This document shows, piece after piece, positions 38,218-50,400 of a stretch of DNA of 64,000 nucleotides; within the stretch, counting starts at the first letter, position 1; every line of letters begins with the position of its first letter. This DNA is from Lama glama (Eukaryota), in NCBI GenBank assembly GCA_028534125.1, contig CM052818.1, forward strand, positions 37,698,001 through 37,762,000. Direction: 5' to 3'. The position numbers and the translations under genes are program-made. Under the pieces are notes generated by a model. The model was given only the letters and a program-made list of their open reading frames with translations. It made no database searches and was not told where the DNA came from.

Positions 38218-39486
38218 AATGTGATAGATTTAACTATCTTACCAGCTAGCACTTAAGCAAGGTGTACCCAACAGTTGTAATCTCTCCACCTCTGGTGCCA
38301 GAATGGAAATGTGCTTAGCGGATACAATGGAAAAACAAATTTGGTGACAGATACATAATGAGATGCCCCTTTATTTCTGGTTGTTCATTTAACATTTAAT
38401 GAAATGGGCTCATCCTTCAAAGGACACTGAAATCCCTATGTGTGACTATCACTGTATCTGGTATTTAACAGTCCAGTGTTTACCCATCTAATGAGTGGTG
38501 TGCTCTAGAAAGCAGTCCTGTAAGGAGGCTGCTGCCTTCTAATATGCTTAGTCTGAGAACTCTCTTTGGAGTCAAACAGTCCAGCACACACTGCTTTTAC
38601 ACACTGAGAATATAAAGCTTATATTCTCAAAAAAAAAACATGAGTACTTTCTGTTAATATTAAAGGGTAAGCATTGGATATACAAATGCTCCAATGACTT
38701 AATATTAATCACATTAAGTCTACTGTTCAAGTAGACAGTTCTGGAACCTGGAGAAACAGAAAAACATCTTGATTTACATTGTACTAACCTCTGTCGTTTT
38801 CTCTATGTGGGTACGAGAGATGGATCATTTCTTCCTTGAGGCTAAATGCTTCTCAGCTTTTATGCAGATTGTCCTTTCGTTCTGATTGGCTTATCTATGA
38901 TAGCCTTCTGTTTGACACATAAAGTGATGGAGCAAAGGGAAGTACAGAATGCAGTGACTTTATGGAATGTAAAAGGAAGACGTAGAATCTTTGGGAACAA
39001 TAAACATCAAAACCCTCTAGTTATGAACTCATGGTTGCTTGAATGTTCTTGAGAACAGAAGGCACAGTTGTGAGAAGACTGAAAATGGAAGAAGACATTT
39101 AAATGTGGAAACTGGCGTTCTCTATGTGGGTCATTTTAGAGTTGGTTGAAAAGTGTGAACTCCACTGAGGTACCACTAGCACTGTGATATTAATTAGTAC
39201 TGTTTAAAGATTTTGTAACCTAAATCTACGCTGTCCTCAAGACTGTAAGAGACCACTACCGGGAAGGGTCCTGGCATTGACAATATGTTTCATATTCTCC
39301 AATGCTGAGTTTTTGTCCTTTGAGGAGAGATTTGTGAAAACCAGTCCTGATTCTTAACTCCAATTATGGTGAATAAATGAAGATATTAGGTCAGGGTACA
39401 TACATTTTAAAATTATCTATTCACCTGGTAGTTTATTATTTATAGAGCTAATTTATGCCTTTGGATAAAAAAAATCCACACATCAA

Positions 39487-39537
39487 AGATAGGTAGGTAG
39501 ATAGATAGATAGATAGATAGATAGATGATAGATAGAT
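39487..39537. repeat. (GATA)n microsatellite
   Basis: Direct reading of the sequence. Confidence 0.95.
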
Positions 39538-39559
39538 TAATTAATTTTTAAAGAAAGTT

Positions 39560-41130
39560 AAGAGCTTCCTTCCCCTATCCAAGCTTAGTTTTACTTCTTA
39601 GAGACAAATACTGTTATAAGCTCATTGTCTTGTTTTATGTGGTTATCTTTTTTCCTTAAATAGTGAACTCATAGATCTGTGATATATCATCAACAGATTT
39701 TGAAATAACATGAAAATTAGAGATGTTTTATATTTACACCATCAAACACCTACCCTCCCCAACTTTACTGTCTAATTGTAGTATATATGAGTGAGTGAGC
39801 AAGTATTTCATTTCTCTCTTGAATGACATCATTAATAAATAATAAGTTTAAATTACCAATTCCCTGATGCATCCATTTTAGACAGAACCTGTTGTTCTTT
39901 CTTTAATGAAAGATGTAGAATTAGGGCACTTATTTTTTCTTTATTAACATTCCTACTACTCCTGTTCCATTTATCTTGGCCATTTTGTTAATTTGCATTG
40001 AGTAATAATATTGCATTCCATCCCGCATCTATAATTGGATTTTTTAAATTGTGTCTATAATTTGATTTTAAAACGTGATGACTAATATCATTATAAAACT
40101 TCAAGCACAATTCAGTATGGAAGTAAATAGAATGAGTGGCTCTTTGGAGAAGAAAATGTAACCTACTGTTATTAAAAGTTACTGCTTAAAGAAGAATCTA
40201 CCAGGGGTCAATAACTGACAAACTATCTCATTTCCAGATCAGGTTCAGTTACCAATCTTTGTTTTACCCATGTGGACAGGCTTCTTTTGCATTTGTTCCC
40301 AATATCCTATGCCTATTCATGATTTGACTCGATCTCCAAGTCACTGGAAAATGTTTTTTTTATCAAGATTGTGACGATAGATCATTTTTATACAGATGCA
40401 ATATTCCTGGTAAGAACTCTCATTATCTGGAATAAGGAACATATTTTACTTTGGAATAATTTTGTAATGTTCTCTTTATCCTTATAGTTGTAAACAATCA
40501 TGAATGCATGTCCAGGTTTAATTTTTTTCATTAGTTCTGTTTCATATAACCTGGACAGACGTTTCAAATCTGGCCCTGCTTTCCCTTAGATCTATTGTTT
40601 CTCTGATTATTTCCTTCCTTCCATTGTTTCTGCTTTCTCATCCTGGACCTCTTACTGGGCAGAAGCTGAAAATCTGTGGCTTCCTTTTCAGTGGGCTTAC
40701 CTTTCACTCCTCTTTCACTGCTGTGTTCTTTGTTTAGCTATATTCCAACCATGTGTTTCAACTATATTTGCAGATAGTCATCTTGTTTTTTTAATCCAAG
40801 TCCATTTGGTAATTCATATTATTTACTTTCAAAAAAAAACCATAAGCAATTTATCAAGTATGTATTTTGTAGTTGATAAATATCAACACATTATATAATT
40901 TTATATATGAAAATGTATGCAGACATATGTATTTTTATTGTCCAGTTGCTCTATTTAAAACAGTCTGGTCTTGTTTTATGAATACGTTTTGTTACGCTTG
41001 CTTCTGTTTACTGATTTGTCTATTTTCCTCAGGGGTCATTGTTTATTCTTTCATTGTTGGCATTTTCTTTCAAATTTACTTCATTTTTCTCTTCTCAAAT
41101 GCTTAATAACTTCTAGTTATCTGTCTGATC
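39560..41130 (-). mobile_element. Very old L1/HAL1-like fragments
   Basis: T-rich segment with antisense ORF1-like phrases such as TTTCCTTCCTTCCATTGTTTCTGCTTTCTCATCCTGGACCTCTTA. Weak similarity and uncertain boundaries. Confidence 0.35.
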
Positions 41131-41601
41131 ATCTGTGAATGAAGAACTGTATCAGGAGGAGATTGCAAAGGAATGGTGCAATCAGAGTAGATACTCATGC
41201 CTTACCTGAGCTGGAAAGTTTTTATTTTGAGACTGAGATCCAAAATGAAAATGAAATAATGAGGCTTTTATTTTTTTTGTCTTGTAAATTTGCTTTGCCA
41301 TCAACAAAAGCAGGAGTTACCAATTAGACAATTACACCATAACTGGAAGCACAATATACAAAAATGATGGCTCCTTCAAGGGAAAACATCTCATTCGGAT
41401 GTAAAATCCCATGTCGGTCAATGTTATTTTCATTTTGGAGTAGTCATAACTCATACCATGCCAGATAAACATAAGAAATTATGCTACTTCTTAGTTGACA
41501 TTGTTTCAGTCAGTTTCACGTTAAAAAAATTTGTAGCAGTATGTTTGGGGATCCAATTCCACTGATACCAAACATTCCAGGTCTGGATGTGCAGCAGTTG
41601 A

Positions 41602-42147
41602 TCCATTCATTTATTTGTTCATCTAACTAATAATTCCTATGTGCTAGGCTTGCCACTGAAAAGGGGGTTTATAGTGGTAAACAAAGCACAGTAGATCTCT
41701 TTCCATAGTGGATTAGTAAGATAGAAGACAGACTCACAATAAATAAATTACAGATGTGGTTTGTGCTGGAAAATCATAGAGTTCTAGGGGAAAATAAATA
41801 AATATGAGTAATCAAATATTATCCTTCAAAGAAGTAGTATTTAAACTTAATAAAATAAAGAGGAGGAGAAAAGGGCCTCTGATAACAAAGTGTGGTCACG
41901 AAAGAGGGAATGGCAGATGTGAATGCCTGATGCAGGAGCAAGTTGGGTGCATCTGGGGTTAACTGAAGGGTAATGTCATTTGGAAGGAAGAGAATTGTGC
42001 AAGGCATGATTGAAGAACAAGACAGAGGCCATGACATATAGGGCTTTGCCCTAAGGAAAATTTGAAATCACAAAATTAATTTAAATGTGTGAATAGGGTG
42101 ATTGGATTTGCAATGTAAAGATCAGTTTGCTTCTTTGTGAGAAAAGT
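41602..42147 (-). mobile_element. L2 3' portion
   Basis: Starts CCATTCATTTATTTGTTCAT...CCTATGTGCTAGGC (reverse L2 tail). Contains AGAGGGAATGGCAGATGTGAATGCCTGATGCAGGAGCAAG. Confidence 0.75.
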
Positions 42148-43618
42148 ATATCAGTGGAATAGAACTGAGAGTCCAGAATTAAACCCATACATCGATGATC
42201 AATTTATTTTCAACAGAGGTGCAAGACAATTCATTGAAGAAAGAAAAATCTTTTCAACAAATGATATGGCACTATCTTATATTTAGATTTAATCACAAAT
42301 AACCAGAGGAAAAATAGAAAAATTGGACTTCATCAACATTAAAAACTTCTTTTGTGTCAAAAGACACAAAAAGGAAGGGAAAAGACCAGAAAATGTGATA
42401 AAATATTTGCAAATCATAAAACTGATTTAGGTCCAGTATTCAGAATATGGAAAGAATATGAAAAGAACTCTTATAGCTCAACATTAAAAGACAAATAATC
42501 CAATTTAAAACTGAGTAAAGGGCTTTAATAGATTTTTTTCCTCCAAAAAAGGCACATAACCATTAAGCACAGGGAAAAAACAGCATTAGTCATTAGGGAA
42601 ATTCAAATCAAAACCACAATAAGATACTACTTCATACCTGTAGAATGGCTGTAATCAATAGATGGAAAATAACAAGGGTGTTGATAAGGATGTGGTCAAA
42701 TTGAAGGCTCATGCAATATTGGTGGTAATAAAACACGGTTCAGCCACATTGGAAAGTTTGGCGATCCTTCAAAAATTTAAACACAGAGTTACCATATGAT
42801 CCAGCAATTCCACTACTGAGCATATTCTCAAAAGAACTGAAAACACACTGCTACAAAGAATTTGCACACAAATGTTCGTAAGTAGCAATTTTCATAAATA
42901 TGAAAACAATCCAAATGTTCATCAACTGGTGAATAGATAGACAAAATATGGCATATCCATATATACAAATGATTCCATTTATATGAAATATCCAGCCTGG
43001 ACAAATCCATACAGACAGAAACTAGATTAGTGGTTTCCAGGGGCTGGGGGAGGGGGAAATAGGGAATGGCTGCTGTTGGATACAGGGTTTCTTTTGCGGT
43101 GATAAAAATTTTTGCATAAATTTGTGAATACACCAAAATGTTCTAAATTGTACACTTTAAATGGGTAGTTTTTTTTGGTATGCGTATTTATTTACCAGGG
43201 ATGCTATGAACAGCCACAACAACAGAAACTTATTTTCTCACAATTCTGGAGGCAGAAAGTCCAAAATCAAAGTGCTGGTAGGGCCATCCTCCCCCGAAGG
43301 CTCTACGGGAGACTCCTTCCAGCTTCTGGTGGCTCTGGTGTTTCTCTGATTATGGTAGCATCACTCTAACCTTTGCCACCTTCTTCCCTGTGTGTCCATG
43401 TATGTGTCAAATCTCCCTCTCCTTTCTGTTATAAAGCCATCATCATTGAATTTAGGGCCCAGCCTAAATCCAGGATTATTTTATCTTGAGATATTTGTTA
43501 AAATCTGCAAATGCCTTATTTCCAAGTAAGATCACATTCTGGGGTTGGAGTGGATGTGAATTTAGGGAGACACTATTCAACCCACTACAGTATGATAATT
43601 ATATCTCAATTTTTAAAA
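42148..43618 (+). mobile_element. L1MB-like 3' part of ORF2 and 3'UTR, interrupted by MLT1B
   Basis: GGAATAGAACTGAGAGTCCAGAATTAAACCCATACAT, GAGTTACCATATGATCCAGCAATTCCACT, AGATTAGTGGTTTCCAGGGGCTGGGGGAGGGG. The terminus ...AATTATATCTCAAT lies after the LTR. Confidence 0.9.
43183..43589 (-). mobile_element. MaLR MLT1B-like solo LTR with 5-bp TSD
   Basis: AACAACAGAAACTTATTTTCTCACAATTCTGGAGGCAGAAAGTCCAAAATCAAAGTG...GACACTATTCAACCCACTACA. TSD GTATG at 43178-43182 and 43590-43594. Confidence 0.93.
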
Positions 43619-43974
43619 ATAGATATTAAGAACTATAAAATAGTTAAACAATCAAATGCCTAATTCAGATCCGGCCAGCATTTTCGCCAAACCCTTCCAA
43701 GGTTATGGATCAATTTTTTATTAAATTTTATATTCTCAGTGCCTAAAACAAGCAAACAGAAAGCGACTGTATTCAGGCAGTAGTCATCAGGTGAGTGTGT
43801 TGGATGGAAAAGTGAGCACAGTAGACTAAACCCAACAATTACGGAGCTGAAAGTCTTAACTGTGTCTTAAACCAATAAGCAATCAGCTACTTTTGAGAGA
43901 TTAATGTGCTTTCCTTTCAGTGTAGAATTTTAAAAGTTATATGGTCCCCTCCCTGCAGCCGAATTGACGTATGA

Positions 43975-44150
43975 TAAAACCATTATTTGAGCACTGTTGT
44001 GCCAGGTAATGTGTCAGGCACATGTTAGTTCGTTTAATTCTTACAGCCATTTTATAAAATACGTACTCATATTATCATTTATGGGTAAAAAATACAGAGG
44101 CTATGAGTGGCTACAAAACTGCCACGGTCACGCAACTATTAAATGCGTTT
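43975..44150 (-). mobile_element. MIR SINE
   Basis: ATTTGAGCACTGTTGTGCCAGG...TTTAATTCTTACAGCC...ACAGAGGCT...TGCCACGGTCACGCAACTATTAAATG. Confidence 0.7.
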
Positions 44151-44299
44151 CAGAATGTATTTATCATTGACTCGGATTTCAACTCAGTGGACCCACAACA
44201 TGCAAGCCTCTGACTGAAGACTGGTTCATTTTCCAAAAGGAAGACTGCTTTTCCGGGTAATACACATCCCCCTTTTATCATGACAAATTTCAGAATCTA

Positions 44300-44456
44300 A
44301 TAGTATTGAATTGCCATTTGGTTATGCTTTTCACATTTCAATTTACTTTTTAATGTGTTTTCATTTGATTCCTACAACAACACTGAAATGAAGTTTAATA
44401 GGAATTATTATCTCCATTTTACAAATGAAGAGAAGAAGGTTCATATTAAGATGATT
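44300..44456 (-). mobile_element. MIR SINE
   Basis: TCATTTGATTCCTACAACAAC...ATTATTATCTCCATTTTACAAATGAAG. Confidence 0.7.
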
Positions 44457-45977
44457 CAGCTGGACCCCAAGCTTACACTTACTATGAAGCTGACTCAATT
44501 GTCTCCCAGGCCAGCTGTATAATTTATGATATTATGTCTGTCTACATTTATTTTTTTTAAAACACCTTTATTGTGGCATGATTCCTGTACAGTAAACTAC
44601 ACGTTTGAGATTTACAATTTGATGAATTTTGCTATCTACATTTCTAATGTTTCGATGAGACTGTGAATAACAAATAAGCTTGATTAATAATGATTTCCCC
44701 ACTCCAAGACACTCTATGAAGTTCTCTAGTTTTATCTCACATGACTTATTCAACTCTGGGCCGTCCTCACCAATTTCATTGTCCATCATTATAATGCTGC
44801 TCTAGGTCTCAGGGGAGAGGAATTTTCCATTTTTTCAACTACCCAAAGATAAAAGGCCCCCAAGGACAAATCGCCCAATCAGAAGAGGAGACCTAAGGTA
44901 TACTGACTGGACACACACTAAAAGGGGGTGACAGACTTAATGTGTTGGGAAAACTGAGACAAGAATTGAATTTATTTCATGCCGTACTGCTTTAGCTCTG
45001 GACAGAGTCAAAGCTAAGATGTCAGTGTTGGCAGTAAGAAAGAGGAGGTTGGTGAGCTGGCATGTAAAATTAGGGAAAAGGAAGAGATCCTTGTAAGCAT
45101 GAAATTTACAACCCTAAAGGGTTTAAGGGAGCTCCCGTGGGCAATTAATAAAGATTCCGCACAAACGTGCATTGGCAGACAGGTGGCTCTGAACCCAACC
45201 TTTCCTGAGATGGATCAATAATCGTAGAAACTTGAGCTGATCTGGGAGTAGAGGCCCCTGGGAAAGAGTAACTGAACAGAAATCATGGATTTCTGAGACA
45301 AAATTTCAGAGCATTTTCAGCAGTTTAAAACGCATGGTTCAAAAGAGTCTCAGAGAAAATGGCCATTCACTAATGGGATATTGTGAGAAGCAAGTAAGTA
45401 GAGCTGAGGCTTCTGAAATATTTACCTTAAGGGTAAGACTGGAAAAGTTCCTCTGACTACAAGGCATTTGGTGCCGAGCTGTAAAGCTTCCTGTGCGGCT
45501 TGAAGCTTCTCCTAAGGCTCGGGCAGTCTCCCCAGGGTATCATAAAATAGCCCTTTGGTTTTACTAATAAAAAATAATGAGTTTCCAAATTTTCTTCTTC
45601 AGTCCTTCAGTGTTTTAATTGCCTAGAACTGAGCTGTATCTCAGGATTCAGCACACTGGGGCTAAGGTCTTATTTTTATCCAATCATAATTTTTTTAAAA
45701 AAACTGTTTCTTTTTCCCTTTATGCTCATAGAATATTTTAGTACATTTTAATTATCTTAACACATTCTTTTTCAAGGATTGACATTATCTCAGAAATCTA
45801 TGAATTTGGTTCTAAAATTATCACATTTGTAAATTTCTACAAGCAATATTCATAATTATAATTTCAACTACAAGATAACCTTCAGGTTGGGTTTTTGAGT
45901 TTGTCCCAAAATCTTGCCATCAAATCTTGTCCCACAATCCTTGCATTAACATATGAACTGGGAGGATTTATCCACTA

Positions 45978-46189
45978 CAGCCGTCCCTAGGTATCTGTGG
46001 GTGATTGGTTCCAGGACTCCTCAGAATCCAAAATTCACGGATGCTCAAGCCCCATGGTTGGCCTCCTATCTGCTGTTCTGCATCTAAGGATTCAGCCAAC
46101 AGCAGATATGCGGTACTGTATGTATTTATTAAAAATATGGCCTATAAGCAGGTCTGGGCAGTTCAACCATGTTGTTCAAGGGTCAACTC
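45978..46189. mobile_element. TcMar-Tigger MITE (MER2/MER8/Tigger2-like) with TA TSD
   Basis: TA|CAGCCGTCCCTAGGTATCTGTGGGTGATTGGTTCCAGGAC...GCAGTTCAACCATGTTGTTCAAGGGTCAACTC|TA. Confidence 0.88.
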
Positions 46190-46439
46190 TATTTTGTTTT
46201 TAGCTAGGTGCTGAAAGTCTGGTGAGGAATTAAATTCATATTAACTAAATGAATGACTTAAGCAAGAGCCCATTTAGTCTACCAATATTTTCAAAGATCT
46301 GGTTCTCGGGAAGGCCTTGAGTTCTGCTAATGCTTCAGGACACCAAATGCTACACTATCGGGAGCAATCATTCTCTCTGATATGTATAAGGCGCATCATT
46401 AAGAAATTTATGGTGTTGAGGTGATAATTAGGCACACGT

Positions 46440-46620
46440 AGTAGCTATTTAACAAATTTCACAACAATCCCCAAAGCCAGATGGCATTTAGCCACACGCT
46501 GCTGATGCGGAAACTTAAGCTCAGAGAGGGCAAGAGGATTCTCCGGTTTCCCACAGCAAGAAGGCAGAGGCTGCATCAATCTCCACTTCTCCAGTCCACG
46601 CAATTCTAAAGCCTTGGTTT
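46440..46620 (-). mobile_element. MIR SINE
   Basis: GCTGATGCGGAAACTTAAGCTCAGAGAGGGCAAG...CCCACAGCAAGAAGGCAGAGGC. Confidence 0.65.
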
Positions 46621-47339
46621 GTTCTAGTGGGCTGAGTGTCTCTCCCTCAATTACCATTTTATGAGGCTTTGAGAAGTACCTTGTTATTTGAGTTTCTGTA
46701 TTTTGGATTCCAGGATAAATGTTTAACAATATCATAGCTAAATTCCCACTGGTGTTATCACTTCCCGGTAGCCTTTTCGGAAAACAATGAGCCGGACATG
46801 CTAACCCAGGTCCTCTCTCTCACTTTCCTGTGCTAGCAGCGTGATGAAACCATGTCCGGGCTCCCGGGAAACATCAGAAAACCCTGCCCTTTCATTTGGA
46901 CAGTGCCTCAGAACAAGTGATTTTTGTGACAGGGTTTATGATTTTGGTCTGGTGAATGAATAAAATTGAAGACTTAAGAGGATTTGGCTGTTCTTATGTC
47001 TCAAATGGAAAATGTTTCTGAAGCCAGTATCCCTGCCTTACAAATGATAGTCGAAGTGTGCAGCCCTGTGATACCAACGCTGAATGTGGCCAGACCTTGA
47101 ACTTTCTGTCTCCATCTGACTTTCTCACATTTAGCGGCTGGAATACAAAACGGTCAGCCGCTGCTCTGCCTCCCAGGTGTCGGAAAGAGCAAATGCAGGA
47201 GGACTTTCAACTCAGTGGGCTTCACACAAACTATACCCCAGAGAGGAAATCTAAGCAGTGCTTCAGCCAGGTGCATGATGTGGTTCACAAGCAGAAAACA
47301 TTTGATTCATGAGCAGGAGGCACTAAAATAGAGCTTTGG

Positions 47340-47875
47340 GAAGAAGGGAGGGGATCAAGCCGGGATGGAAGCAATATTGGCATGTGAGTTCCAACCTGGG
47401 CGCCGCTTCACCTGCGTCTCTTCATCGCGTTAACGATCGATCAGAACAGATCAGAGAGAGCAGGTGAGGCCGAGGGCGCGATCGGAAACACACCGATCCC
47501 CAAACATCCCGGGGAGGGAAGGGGCATTATGCCTTCCCAGAAGGGCAGGAGACCTGCCTCCCCCAAAGAAAAAAATGTCCCAGACCTGGTGATTGACTCA
47601 GAAGGCAAAAAGGCATTCAGTCCACATGGGATTTTCTGATTTCCTGGAAGAGCAGGAAAGACATTGTTGTTGGAGCTGATGTTGCCACTGCTCTCCTCTC
47701 CCCCCCCTCCCCCTCTCCCCCCTTCCTCCATCTCCCCCTCTTTTCCAGCCTCTTCCCCCTCCTCCTCCCCTCTTCTTTCTTCTTTGTCATCTTCTTAAAA
47801 ACATTTGTTTGGTTATTGTTCTGAAACAGGCTTGGCAGAATTTGCAACAAAGTTTTCTGAGCACACTGTGTAAGT
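47340..47875 (+). promoter_or_regulatory. Candidate alternative promoter / non-coding 5' exons
   Basis: About 14 CpG in 47361-47511, CAG|GTGAG donor after 47463, AP-1 TGACTCA at 47594-47600, and a long C/T tract at about 47690-47795. TTTTCCAG acceptor at 47748 and TGT|GTAAGT donor at 47870. Confidence 0.4.
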
Positions 47876-48144
47876 AAATCTCTGTTGGTGGACTACTCTC
47901 TAACTGATTTAGTTTGTAGTGATGGCTAAGATTGGAGTTGTTTTCAGGGTTTGGGGAGAATTTCTTGGGTTTGGGGACAGCCTGGTGTTTTGTGTTTGCT
48001 CACCAGACATCCTTTTTAGGACAAAATCCTCCCACGGGAACAGTGTGTAATCGGAAACTTTTCTTTCTCTGCCCTTTTCATCATTGTGTAATGAAGCCTG
48101 GGGCTGCGATCTAGGGGTTTGAATGGGAATCAGCCCTGGACCCA

Positions 48145-48262
48145 CTAAGTTAACAAACATTTAGGTGCAGCAAGCACAGGGCTTAGCTCTCAGGGAGTAG
48201 GTGGAAATACAAAAATGGATTTAACATGGTGTTTGCTCTTGTGGGCTTCCTCTTCTAAATAG
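48145..48262 (-). mobile_element. L2 3' end fragment
   Basis: TTAACAAACATTTAGGTGC...GAAATACAAAAATGGATTTAACATGGTGTTTGCTCTTGTGGGCTT. Confidence 0.5.
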
Positions 48263-49009
48263 ATCTCATTTCGTTGTATTTAGTTTGTATTGGTGATACT
48301 AGTCTCAAAAACCTAACGCTGTCAAGGAAAAGTCTGATCTGGCAGAATAAACTGAGGCCAGTGTGACTACTGTTTGTTGATTCTTATTACGACAGATCTT
48401 CCCAAAGGTTAACCCATCAAGTGGGTTAAAGTTGCTTGCAATATTGATTATTTCAGCCCCTGTGGAGGCTGGGTTGAAACTCCAGACAGCCACAGCCCCT
48501 GGGCTTGTCACCTCTGGTCTCAAACAGCCTCATCAAATTACCACAGTCTGCTATACAAATATTACCATATTCTGTGTGTACTGATGTCATTATAACCTCT
48601 GCTACCTTGTAAACTCTAATCGTTTGATATCAACAGACATGCAAAGGAATAAACAAACAAAATAACAGGAGCCCTTTTTACTCCCAGAAGACTGGTCTCA
48701 CACTAGCTCAAGAGGCTAATTTTGTCTACATATCCTCAAGCTATATCTACAGGATTGTCAAGCATTGGACTCAGTCATAGCAGCTCTTTTACAACTTGTT
48801 CCCCCTGCCACAAAAGAGTATCTGTTTGATAATTGTCCTCACTGATAACATGTCGATGATTCATGCATTTTAATTGCTGCAAGTTATACAGCTGAATATA
48901 TCGCTCCATTTTATTCCACTGTTGATGGTCATATAGAAGCTTAATCTTTTTCATGGTAATTGCCATTGCTGCTACAAATATCCATATGCAAAGATGCTGA
49001 AAACACTTC

Positions 49010-49220
49010 AGGGAAGGGACTCATATGCAGGGGGGTGTACTCTCCTCCTCAAGGGTGTTTGCAGATGTGTCTGTGCAGTTTGCTCACAGTGATGTCTGGA
49101 CGTCACGACTGGCAGTTGGTACCAGGGGCCAGGGATGCTTCACATCCCACAGCTAATATCTGGCACAGTAAAGAACTGGCCATCCAAAACGCCAGAACCT
49201 CCCCTATGGACAAACGGTGC
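49010..49220. mobile_element. MER20/MER20B-like hAT MITE
   Basis: ACTGGCAGTTGGTACCAGGGGCCAGGGATGCTTCACATCC...GTAAAGAACTGGCCATCCAAAACGCCA, ending before GCTCTAGG. Confidence 0.65.
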
Positions 49221-49869
49221 TCTAGGTTGTATGCTTAGAAGTGAAATTGCTAGATGTGATGGATCTAGTAGATCGGGGTTCAGCTTCCATTTTAGACATC
49301 TTCTTATTTGCCCGACCATATCGTAAAATCTGGAAAGTCAGAAGCTCCCCTCAGTCTGTCCTAGCAGATTGTTTTAGATTTCCCAGTCAGATATTCACAT
49401 GGAACCTTGGGAGGGGAATGGAGGCGAAGGCTGGATTGTTCTGCCAACAAGCAGGCACAGAGGCTTTTTATTTACTATTTTTCCAGCAGCAGACAATGTC
49501 CCACTGTCCCACTGTCCAGATCCCGGATACAGGGCACATTTGTGCCTGTGAACTGCAGTTGTGTTGTGGCCCTGGAGCTAACGATTGTGGTGCCAGCTTC
49601 CTGACCCCGGGATAACAGCTATGCGGTGGCATTCCATCCCGATTCCCCGGAGTCCTCGCTGTGGCAGGGACAGCGGCATCCCAGGTGGGCCAGCACGAGG
49701 GGTTGCCGTGGAAGTTGTTCTCAAGGGCCCTGCGCGGGGCCTTCCTTCAACCTTTTTAACAATATTATACACCCTTACCCTCCTGTTTTGAATTGCTTTC
49801 AGCTTCCAGTCTCTAGATTTTTAATTTTTCATTATGTTCACCTGAAATGTGGCTGATGCTCTAGGTCTT

Positions 49870-50230
49870 AGGAATTGGACATCTTCATTTTTACTACATT
49901 TTGCCATGCTGCTCTTCCAAATAATTGGATCAATTTATACCACCACATGTATGCGTTCCTGTTTCCTTACAACCTCAACAACTTTTGAGATTGTCATATT
50001 ACGGCTGCTTCTCCCTCTCCTCCTCTTCCCCAGTCGCACCATTCTTATCTGCTAATCTGATGACTGTAAAAGAGCGAACTGTTGTCTCTATTTGAGTGTC
50101 CTGATTATTTGCTAACTGAGCACCTTTGCACGTTTAATATTTGCTTCTCTTTTCTAATAAATGCCTGATGATTTCTCTAATCTCTTGTGCTATTGATTTG
50201 TTTATACATTTCTGTGTCAATATTGCAGAA
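49870..50230 (-). mobile_element. Old L1 (L1ME-like) 3' fragment
   Basis: TTGCCATGCTGCTCTTCCAAATAATTGGATCAATTTATACCACCAC...GTTCCTGTTTCCTTACAACCTC, an antisense L1 3' pattern. Confidence 0.55.
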
Positions 50231-50238
50231 GTTCTTCG

Positions 50239-50400
50239 TGTCCCTGCCCTTCCTGTTCATTGGCTGGAAGCGGCCCGAGGGAGTGCGGTCTCAGGATAAT
50301 TTAGTAATGGATTCCGGAGCTCAGCAGCTGATGAGACCTTAATCATCACGCCCTGTAAGAAAAGGTCGGTGAGACAGGTTCTTCCTCCGTGCGCTGCTCG
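50239..50400 (-). mobile_element. LTR16-like partial LTR of the class III ERV
   Basis: TCATTGGCTGGAAGCGGCCCGAGGGAGTGCGGTCTCAG...GGATTCCGGAGCTCAGCAGCTG resembles LTR16 in reverse and abuts the internal region. Confidence 0.5.

Noticed and set aside
38180..38260. Functional tRNA-Gly gene
   Set aside because: Only the 5' 38 nt are present. There is no T-arm/B-box or 3' acceptor strand.
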